The translations under genes were made by a program, and so were the position numbers. From the NCBI GenBank assembly GCA_963737155.1, contig CAVTRN010000002.1, positions 1,152,001 through 1,216,000 on the forward strand: DNA of 64,000 nucleotides, written 5' to 3'. The DNA is from Nitrospirota bacterium. GTDB lineage: Bacteria > Nitrospirota > UBA9217. Numbering within the stretch: position 1 is the first letter of the stretch; each line of letters opens with the position of its first letter. Shown here one piece after another: positions 19,448 to 27,613 of this stretch. A model generated the notes under the pieces. It ran no database searches, had not been told where the DNA came from, and saw only the letters and a program-made list of their open reading frames with translations.

Positions 19448-20659
19448 ATTCTACGCAGACTGTGGGACTACGCCGATAAGATCTTTGACTTGAGGACGCG
19501 CATAAAGACCATTTATGATGGCCGTGCCCGCCCCAGGATAAAGACGCCCACCGTGGTTACCAGCGTCCTTACGATGATGCTGGCCCGGATGGGCAGTTTC
19601 AATGCGGTCGAGCAGACAAAGAAGTGTTCTGTCTGGAAGGAGCATGACGCGGTGTTGCCGAGCGCAGATACGATCGGCAATATCGTCGCCCAGATAGATC
19701 TCGCCGCGCTAAGGGCGGAAATAAAACATGTCTACCGTCGTCTCAAGCGAAATAAGTCATTACGGCCACTTTTCCCGAATGGCGGTTTCGCCGTGATCCT
19801 CGACGGACATGAGTCAAGCGCAAGCTTCAAACAATGCTGCTGCGGATGCCTCCACCGGAAGGTCGAGACGTCATCGGGAACGCTTATTCAATTTTACCAT
19901 CGCCATGTTATGGCCGTTCTTTTATGCAAGGGTTTTGTCCTGCTCCTTGACCTGGAGATGCAGCGGCCGGGAGAGGACGAAGTGACGGCCGCCAGCCGGC
20001 TCTTTGAGCGGTTGTGTCGTGAATATCCCCGTGCATTTGATCTGGTTGTCACCGACGGGCTTTATGCACGGGCGCCGTTCTTCAAAATGGTTTCCGCTCA
20101 GGGGAAAGAGGCAATTGCGGTATTGAAAGACGACCGGAGGGATTTGCTCCAGGATGCAATGGCTCTTTTTAAACAGGAAGAACCTGTGGTCTTTCAGAAA
20201 GACCGCCTCACCCGCTCCTGTTGGGATATAGAGGGCTTTACGTCCTGGGTACAACTTGGCAAAGAGGTCCGTGTCGTTCGCTCATTAGAAACAAAAATGG
20301 TACGCCGCCAGATGACCGGTCAGGAAGAACGGAGAGAATCTGAATGGGTGTGGGCCACAACGGTGCCAAAAGCGCATATCGCTACGGAACCCTTTGTGGT
20401 AACCAGCCGCAAGCGGTGGGATATCTAAAACAAGGCATTCAATGAGCTCGTCAACTCCTGGCACGCAGATCATGTGTACAAACATACTCCGACAGCCATC
20501 GAGGCTTGCTGGCTGTTGACCATGTTGGCCTATAACCTGTTTGAGGCGTTCATCAATTTAAACCTGAAGCCCGCACTCCGCGCAGCTCATACAAAAGAGC
20601 ATTTTGCCCGCCTGATTGCCGGTGAAATATACAGCCAATGCGCTGGTCGGTCTCCTTGA
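19448..20659 (+). pseudogene. DDE transposase with an in-frame nonsense codon
   Basis: ILDGHE and VTDGLY motifs. RWDI*NKAFNEL, with TAA at 20426-20428 where the Glu is expected. The frame continues to 20659. Confidence 0.88.
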
Positions 20660-20910
20660 TCCTCCTGCCTGTGGCCGTACATGAATACAACCATACCAAT
20701 CTTTGCTTTATCGACTAAGGGCAGCCGACTTGGCATTATGGGCCTATTCACTCTTCCCGCGGAAAATGATGTTTTAGAGCGATCCTCTTCCTAAAAACCA
20801 ACTTAAAATAACGTTTCCGAATATGCTACAAGCAAAAATATAAGGTATTATCCCGTACTGATTGGGTTTATCAACGTTGTTACGGAATCGCTGGGGATGT
20901 ATTTATCAAC

Positions 20911-20939
20911 TTGACAAATGGACAGATGTTCACTATACT
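20911..20939 (+). promoter_or_regulatory. sigma70 promoter with a candidate LexA box in its spacer
   Basis: TTGACA-N17-TATACT. The spacer contains GGAC-AGAT-GTTC, one mismatch to GAAC-N4-GTTC. Confidence 0.75.
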
Positions 20940-20946
20940 GGTCTTC

Positions 20947-21186
20947 ATGACGGTCGAGAGAAACGAACCTATTACCGTTTGCGCCGAATTTTCCGGTGGG
21001 GTCGTCAAGCCGGTCTGGTTCTCCCTGCAAGGTCGGCGGATACGGATTAACGAGGTTGCACTTATCTGGAAGACGCGGGAGGGGAGTACGGTCATTCTCC
21101 ATTTCTCCGTTACCGATGGACAGGGATTGTATGAACTTCGGTACAACTCAGGGACTTTTTCTTGGAGGTTGGCCGCTAGTGCGTAG
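20947..21186 (+). CDS. Small DinB-associated protein (DUF6504/ImuB-C-like, 79 aa), probably leaderless
   Basis: P..F...GRR..I.EV...W....HF.V.D..GLYEL.Y.....W.L pattern; overlaps the dinB start; ATG 7 nt after the -10. Confidence 0.75.
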   Translation: MTVERNEPITVCAEFSGGVVKPVWFSLQGRRIRINEVALIWKTREGSTVILHFSVTDGQGLYELRYNSGTFSWRLAASA

Positions 21187-22399
21187 TCTTCTCCATATCG
21201 ATATGAATGCTTTTTTTGCATCCGTGGAACAGAGGGCCAATCCCGTTCTTCGCGGGAAGGCCATGGCTGTTATCGGATCGGAGCACCGAGGCGTGGTTCT
21301 CTCCCCGTCTTACGAGGCGCGTGCTTTTGGCGTGAAGACCGGCATGACTTACGGAGAGGCGATGAGAGCGTGTCCAGACCTGCGGCTGGTTTCCGCCGAC
21401 CCTGCAAAATATTCTCATACTTGCGAGGAGCTTATCAGCATCTGGAGGGATTTTTCCCCCTTGGTCGAACTTTTTTCCATTGATGAGGCCTTTCTCGATG
21501 TGACGGGCTGCGAGCGGTTGTTCGGCGATCCTGTGCGTATGGCCATCAGGATAAAAGAGCGGGTCTGGAGTGAAAAGAAGCTGACCTGTTCCATCGGCAT
21601 CGCGCCGAACAAACTCTTGGCCAAACTCGGCAGTGATATGCAGAAACCAGACGGACTGGTACTTATAACCCCTAATGATGTTGATGAAGTTCTTGAAAAT
21701 CTGCCGGTGAGAGAGCTCTGCGGCATTGGCCCGAGCTTGGAGCGTAGTCTTGCGATCATGGGAATAAGGACCTGCGGCGAACTTGGCCGCACTCCCCTTG
21801 AAAAGATGACCGCGCGATTCGGCGTTATCGGCGAGAGGCTCCGCGATATGGGACGGGGGATTGACAACGACCCGGTTGCTCCATTGGAAGCAGAATACGA
21901 AGAGCATGCTAAGTCCATCGGACACAGCATGACATTAACAGAGGATTGCACCGATATAGCCCTCATTGAGCGGCATATTCTTCAGCTTGCGGAAAAGGTG
22001 GGACGTAGGCTCAGGCGTGGTTCCTACCATGGTCGTACGGTTGGCCTCACACTCCGCTATGCCGATTTTCAAACCTTTTCCCGACAAAAAAAGCTTTTAC
22101 GTGCCGTGAATCATGGTCTTGATATTTACGCGGTCGCGAGGGAAATTCTTCGCGAGCTTAGGCTGACCCAGCCGGTCAGGCTTGTCGGCATAAGCGTATC
22201 AGGTCTTGATAAGTCTTTTTCGCAGATGCCGCTGTTCGATGGTGATGAGCGAAAGCGGATGTTCATCACGGGGGCAATGGACGAAATCAACGACCGGTAT
22301 GGCGACTTTACGGTTACCTGGGGTAGCCTTGCCGAGCGGTACTGCCATAAGCGTGTAATTTCGCCGGCATGGCGTCCGGGAGGTGATAGGAAGTATTGA
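21179..22399 (+). CDS. dinB: Y-family DNA polymerase IV
   Basis: HIDMNAFFASVE, SYEARAFG, SIDEAF, APNKLLAK, clamp motif QMPLF; GGAGG plus GTG start. Confidence 0.95.
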   Translation: MRSLLHIDMNAFFASVEQRANPVLRGKAMAVIGSEHRGVVLSPSYEARAFGVKTGMTYGEAMRACPDLRLVSADPAKYSHTCEELISIWRDFSPLVELFSIDEAFLDVTGCERLFGDPVRMAIRIKERVWSEKKLTCSIGIAPNKLLAKLGSDMQKPDGLVLITPNDVDEVLENLPVRELCGIGPSLERSLAIMGIRTCGELGRTPLEKMTARFGVIGERLRDMGRGIDNDPVAPLEAEYEEHAKSIGHSMTLTEDCTDIALIERHILQLAEKVGRRLRRGSYHGRTVGLTLRYADFQTFSRQKKLLRAVNHGLDIYAVAREILRELRLTQPVRLVGISVSGLDKSFSQMPLFDGDERKRMFITGAMDEINDRYGDFTVTWGSLAERYCHKRVISPAWRPGGDRKY

Positions 22400-22649
22400 T
22401 AACTTTTGATAATACATTTTTTTGAGTAAAATTGTTCTATATTATGGTATCTTGTTACCATCTTGCGCTTGTATCTTTTCTGGCCATATGTCCTTGCGCA
22501 AAAAGAGGAGATAATAGAGACAAAGGCTAAAGGATGTCTCCTTCTTTTAAATAACTTCATTGATAACTTCGATATCACGCCCTTCGTTCTTGAGAAGGAC
22601 CTTGGCTGCATTAAACCTATATCGGATAAAACGGTCTTTATGCTTCACG

Positions 22650-22663
22650 TGAACGTTTGATCG
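22650..22663 (+). promoter_or_regulatory. Candidate LexA operator upstream of lexA
   Basis: TGAAC-GTTT-GATCG just downstream of a TATGCT -10-like hexamer. Confidence 0.6.
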
Positions 22664-22680
22664 ATCATGAGGTGAGAGAT

Positions 22681-23292
22681 TTGAAAAACAAAACAACGGA
22701 GCGTCAGCAGAATGTTTTTGAGTATATTAGGACGACACTCGCAGTGCGGGGAATTCCACCGAGCATGCGAGAAATCGGGGAAAAATTCGGTATTCGTTCT
22801 ACGAACGGGGTGGAAGGGCACCTCGTTGCCCTCGAGCGGGCCGGCCTTATCAAACGGGAGCGGGGAAAATCGCGGGGCATTTCCCTTCCGTCAGGCGAAC
22901 GGCCAGCCTCTGCCATACCCATTATCGGTAAAGTAGCTGCGGGAATGCCGGTACTGTCTCCTGAGAACTGGGAAGGCGAGGTCATGGTCGATTTGCCGCT
23001 CTTTTCGCTTCGGAGCAGCAACAATATTTTTGCCCTGAAGGTAAAGGGAGATAGCATGGTGAACGCTCATATTATGGACGGCGATACCCTCCTTGTCCGG
23101 GCCCAGTCTGTTGCTCAGAATGGAGATATTGTCGTGGTTCTTACCGACGGCGAGGCCACGGTTAAACGTTTCTATGCCGAAAAAAACCGCATACGACTGC
23201 AGCCAGAGAACGACGGAATGAAGCCGATCTATATTGATCGCGGCGAGTTCCGCATCCTGGGAAAGGGCGTGGGCGTGATTAGAAAAATATAG
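22681..23292 (+). CDS. lexA: SOS repressor LexA
   Basis: wHTH PPSMREIG..STNGVEGHL, VAAG cleavage site, GDSM (Ser), ATVKRF (Lys). Start TTG 22681 chosen from RBS spacing. Confidence 0.96.
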   Translation: MKNKTTERQQNVFEYIRTTLAVRGIPPSMREIGEKFGIRSTNGVEGHLVALERAGLIKRERGKSRGISLPSGERPASAIPIIGKVAAGMPVLSPENWEGEVMVDLPLFSLRSSNNIFALKVKGDSMVNAHIMDGDTLLVRAQSVAQNGDIVVVLTDGEATVKRFYAEKNRIRLQPENDGMKPIYIDRGEFRILGKGVGVIRKI

Positions 23293-23305
23293 GGAGCGAT
23301 CTTCC

Positions 23306-23530
23306 ATGAATAAAAACCTGTTGCCCATCGTGCTCATTTTCACTATCCTTGCAGTTCTTTTTTATATTTCATCGCGACAAAAAGTACCCCTGATTCCTGC
23401 CGATTCACTGCATAAAAATATCATAAACAACGCAGTCTGCGCTGATTGTCATAGCCCCGGGAAAAAGGCGCCCTTGAAGGAGAATCATCCGCCCAAGGAG
23501 CAGTGTCTTGTCTGTCACAAGTACAGATAG
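23306..23530 (+). CDS. Small membrane-anchored dihaem c-type cytochrome
   Basis: N-terminal hydrophobic helix; CADCH and CLVCH plus two extra His. Confidence 0.8.
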   Translation: MNKNLLPIVLIFTILAVLFYISSRQKVPLIPADSLHKNIINNAVCADCHSPGKKAPLKENHPPKEQCLVCHKYR

Positions 23531-24175
23531 ATACAAACTATAGAGCGATTGTTGAAGAAATTTTGGTCGCATCCCGTTCATTATTCCGAGCACATCGAAG
23601 AACGCCGTTTTTCCAGACGGTTGCAAGACTGTCGCTTTGCTCAGGTATGATGAAAAAAAGGTGTATCAACAAGCATCAAAAACCCGTCTCTTCAGGGCGG
23701 GAATTTAAGATGCTCCCGCATACAAAGAAAAATCATTTGCAATCCTACAGCGTCGTGATGTGCAACGGCTCAGTTAGACCAGCTTCTTATTCTAAATGGG
23801 GTCTTCAGAAAGAAGCCGAAGTATCATGTGGTGCTGCGCATTATGTATGGTAGTTCCACAAACATGGATTTGTTCGATTGCTTCTGGCAACGGAGGTTCC
23901 AACCGCGATCAAGCAAATAGCCTGTGGTGTATATAGGCGATTGTTTCCGGCCATAGTCCATCCCTTCCGGATCTTATCGAAATCAGTTCTTCTCCTATCC
24001 GTATTGTAAAGTAAAATTGTAGCATTACTTAATCTATAAACTGTAACTTACCATAACATATTAAATTTATTACGATTATTCATTGACAAGAGGAGCGCGA
24101 CCGATTAGTATTCCGGAAGAGTTGAAATATCCTGGGTGCTTTTTTTAACGATTCTTCAGCTTGGAGGGATTGGCT

Positions 24176-24754
24176 ATGGAAGGCTATCGGTATCAACAAT
24201 TCGCATATCTTGTTATCCCCTTCGCAGCAGGTATTGAACTGTTTCTTACCGCCAAGTGTGAACGGAATAAACCGAAGAAAGAATGCGCCATGGCCGTTCT
24301 CATGGATGCTATGGGATATGTATTTGTCGGCCTGATACCGGCGGTGTTCGTATTCACGATTTTCAGTCTCGAAAATCATTATTTATCGCAAATAGCTCAA
24401 GTTCTCCACCGCCTCGACCGGTATGGTGTCATGTTTTTCTTTCTCGGATCTTGGTGGCAGGTATTTCTCATTACCTCCCTCCGGGCTCGCCGGACGGCGG
24501 GTAATGGAAAAAAAATGTTTGCCAGCGTATGGATGCCATATCTTGTTTATGGTGCTTTTATATCTGCATTGATTCTCTGGGTCGCTCCTTGGAACCTCAT
24601 GTGGGTGTCGTTTCTGTGGTTTGTCGGAACGTTCGGACTTTTTTCGGTTATCGGTGTTTCCCCCGCCAAGCTTTCTAAAATATTTTTCGTCCTCTTCCTA
24701 TCTGTGCTTGTCTGCGAAAATATCTTCTTTATAGTCCTCGATGCAATCGTCTAA
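24176..24754 (+). CDS. Integral membrane protein of unknown function
   Basis: About six hydrophobic segments; GGAGG RBS. Confidence 0.75.
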   Translation: MEGYRYQQFAYLVIPFAAGIELFLTAKCERNKPKKECAMAVLMDAMGYVFVGLIPAVFVFTIFSLENHYLSQIAQVLHRLDRYGVMFFFLGSWWQVFLITSLRARRTAGNGKKMFASVWMPYLVYGAFISALILWVAPWNLMWVSFLWFVGTFGLFSVIGVSPAKLSKIFFVLFLSVLVCENIFFIVLDAIV

Positions 24755-24899
24755 AATCAGCTCGAAGGGCATTATCTAGTCTCTTGTGAGGCCTGGCCAG
24801 CGGACTGTGGTATAATGGACCGCAATGTGGGGAAACTGTTTCTGCATGTTCTCTCGGTTGGTTCAAGCAGGGGCATAGAAAACGTTTGGAGTTTAATAC

Positions 24900-25595
24900 A
24901 TGAATGGCAAAATATTAAATCAAGTCGAAATGAGACAAGCCGCCGTTGCCGCTCTCGAAGGAAACGATTTTGAGACCGTGATTACGCTTGCACGCCAGAA
25001 TAGAAAACTGCTCAGTGTTCTCGTGCGGCTTGCTTACGATAAGGAAACGATTGTCGGACGGCGGGCGATCCTTGCTATCGGACAAGTGGCAATGCTCTAT
25101 ATAACAAGCAATTATGAGTTTCTACGCGAGACAGTCCGGAAACTCCTGTGGTCTCTATCCGATGAATCCGGGGGCATCGGCTGGTCTGCCCCTGAGATGC
25201 TCGGAGAAATTGTGAGAGCTGATCCAAAGAAAATGGCTGATGTCGTGCCTCTTATCGCTGATATTTTTTCAATCGAAGAGAAAGTCTTCAGACCTGGTGT
25301 TCTATATGCTCTTAAGAGGATCGCCGAGAGTCAGCCCGAAGCTGTGCTTCCTTTTCATGGCTTAATCATCATCGGTTTAGCCGAAAACGACCCATTGTGC
25401 AGGATTTATTCACTTGAACTGGCAATGTTGCTTAGAGAGGCGATCGATCCTAATCACCGGGAAGAATTACTAACTGAAATAAAAAAACTCCTCTATGATC
25501 ATGCAGAAGCGTTGCTCTACAAAGATGGAGGATTTATCGGAGTAGAGGTTGGGGATGTAGCTGATAAGGTATATAAACATTATTCTAGGCAGTAG
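24900..25595 (+). CDS. HEAT/PBS-lyase-repeat-like protein (DVU0298-like)
   Basis: RKLLWSLSDESGGIGWSAPEMLGEI motif. Confidence 0.75.
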   Translation: MNGKILNQVEMRQAAVAALEGNDFETVITLARQNRKLLSVLVRLAYDKETIVGRRAILAIGQVAMLYITSNYEFLRETVRKLLWSLSDESGGIGWSAPEMLGEIVRADPKKMADVVPLIADIFSIEEKVFRPGVLYALKRIAESQPEAVLPFHGLIIIGLAENDPLCRIYSLELAMLLREAIDPNHREELLTEIKKLLYDHAEALLYKDGGFIGVEVGDVADKVYKHYSRQ

Positions 25596-25917
25596 ATATT
25601 TTAAAAGTGGGATAAAAATATAAAATAATGCTTAAAATAATTAATTGAGTGGGTTATATGAGTAGTTTTTAGCGCAATAGCATGAGTTTGTATATTTATA
25701 TTATTTGATACATAATGATATAAGTATATAATATTAATAAATTATATGCCAAAAAAATAATTTAAATATATTAATTTGTAGCCTTAGGGTTAATTAAAAT
25801 TATAAGGCATTGATTTAAATGAAGTAAAGTTCATTCATTTTTTTATGTTCATTTGTTGACAATGCATCGCTCATATTATATAATATTGTTATTATAATAT
25901 ATGAGGAATAGGAATAT

Positions 25918-27054
25918 ATGAGCGCCACAACAAAAAGAGATTATTACGATATTCTTGGGATCAGCAAGAATGCATCAGAGGCTGATATTAAGAAAGCCTT
26001 CAGAAAGCTTGCCAGAAAGTTTCACCCTGATGTCAATCCAGGAGATAAAACCTCGGAGCCGAAATTCAAGGAAATAAACGAGGCCTACGAGATTCTTTCT
26101 GATACCAAGAAGCGACAGCAGTATGATCAATTCGGGCATGCTGCTTTCGATCCAACGTTTGGCCAAGGCCAAGGGACAAGTTCAGGACAGGGATTTGAAG
26201 GCTCTGCTCGCAACACCGGTTATTCCGGCATTCACGGCTTTGAAGATATTTTCGGCAACCTGTTCGGGGGACGCGTCCGGTCGCAAGGTCCGGAGAAGGG
26301 TGAGGACATAACCTATACAGTTGAGGTAGACCTTGAGGACGCGATTTTTGGCAAGACGATGCAAGTCGATCTGAAACGTGAGGTGACTTGCCCCTATTGT
26401 AACGGCTCAGGATCTCAGCCAGGTACGTCGCCAATCACTTGCCCTGCCTGCAGGGGCTCCGGCAGCGTTGCACAGGGAAAGGGTTTCATGCAGACCGTTC
26501 AGCCATGCCCTACCTGTCATGGAACCGGCACAGTCAATCCAAATCCTTGCAGCAATTGCCGTGGCCGTGGCGTTGTTGAAAAGTCAGAACGCATTAATGT
26601 AAAAATTCCGCCGGGAGTGGATAACGGCTCCAAGGTGCGGATGTCGGGACTTGGCGGACGCGGCGAAAGAGGAGGGCCTCCCGGCGATGTATACATCATA
26701 ACGAAAGTGAGGCCCCATACTTACTTTGAACGAAAAGGTGACAACCTGTATTCTGAAGCTGTCGTTACCGTTAAAGAGGCCGCTCTGGGCGAGAAAATCG
26801 ATATCCCGACCGTCGATGGCATGGTGTCGCTATCTCTGCCGGAAGGCGTACAGACTGGACAGCAGCTAAAGTTGAGGAGCAAAGGCGTGCCCCATTTCGG
26901 CGGAGGTGGTGTAGGGGATCACTATGTATCGATCAAAGTTTTAACGCCGACAGGGCTACCCGAACGGGGGAAAGAGCTGTTGCGGGAACTGGATCGGCTG
27001 ATTCCTTCTAATCCTCGAAGCGGGATTACTTTCAGGGGATTTAGTAAGAGATAA
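25918..27054 (+). CDS. dnaJ: Chaperone DnaJ
   Basis: J domain HPD, G/F region, four CxxCxGxG repeats. Confidence 0.96.
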   Translation: MSATTKRDYYDILGISKNASEADIKKAFRKLARKFHPDVNPGDKTSEPKFKEINEAYEILSDTKKRQQYDQFGHAAFDPTFGQGQGTSSGQGFEGSARNTGYSGIHGFEDIFGNLFGGRVRSQGPEKGEDITYTVEVDLEDAIFGKTMQVDLKREVTCPYCNGSGSQPGTSPITCPACRGSGSVAQGKGFMQTVQPCPTCHGTGTVNPNPCSNCRGRGVVEKSERINVKIPPGVDNGSKVRMSGLGGRGERGGPPGDVYIITKVRPHTYFERKGDNLYSEAVVTVKEAALGEKIDIPTVDGMVSLSLPEGVQTGQQLKLRSKGVPHFGGGGVGDHYVSIKVLTPTGLPERGKELLRELDRLIPSNPRSGITFRGFSKR

Positions 27055-27155
27055 AAGCGGGATGCAAGATTTATGACTCGTATTCCAAACGATTTATATT
27101 TGTAACAGGGCAGCAGGTATTTCGAAGTATGTTTCATGCTAATCGAGGTCTCAAC

Positions 27156-27533
27156 ATGACAACACGCGAACAGAGGCTTTTCATGATCAGCGTTGTTTCC
27201 GAAATGCTCGGGATCCATCCGCAAACACTCAGGCTCTATGAGCGTGAAGGCTTCATCAAACCAAAGCGAAGCGTTGGAAACACGCGACTCTATTCAGAAG
27301 AAGACGTGGAAAAGCTCGAGATGATTCTGCGGCTTACAAGAGAACTCGGCGTCAATCTTGCCGGCGTAGAGGTCATTCTCTCAATGCGCGAAAAAATGGA
27401 ACAAATGCACCGTGAAATGAATGAAACCATTCAGCAGCTTCATGAGGAACTAGAACGAGAGATCAGGCGCAGGGAAGAGATGAGAAACGCTCTCGTGCCA
27501 CTAAGAAGGATTCGGATCACGAGGGGGGGATAA
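27156..27533 (+). CDS. hspR: MerR-family heat-shock repressor HspR
   Basis: ISVVSEMLGIHPQTLRLYEREG, LGVNLAGV; between dnaJ and clpB. Confidence 0.9.
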   Translation: MTTREQRLFMISVVSEMLGIHPQTLRLYEREGFIKPKRSVGNTRLYSEEDVEKLEMILRLTRELGVNLAGVEVILSMREKMEQMHREMNETIQQLHEELEREIRRREEMRNALVPLRRIRITRGG

Positions 27534-27613
27534 CGCAGGAGAAATAATGCAGGAGACAGGATGAATGAAGCCTTACCCATCATGGCTCATGTATCATGCA
27601 ACGGGAGGTTATC

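Larger units (their letters stand above)
18956..20893 (+). mobile_element. Two-ORF insertion sequence (1938 bp), ISAs1-like DDE, transposase inactivated
   Basis: TIRs CAGCAATTCCGCAACAA / TTGTTACGGAATCGCTG; 9-bp TSD GGGATGTAT at 18947-18955 and 20894-20902. Confidence 0.92.

Noticed and set aside
25596-25917. Replication origin
   Set aside because: AT-rich, but no TTATCCACA-type DnaA box cluster or origin-linked genes.
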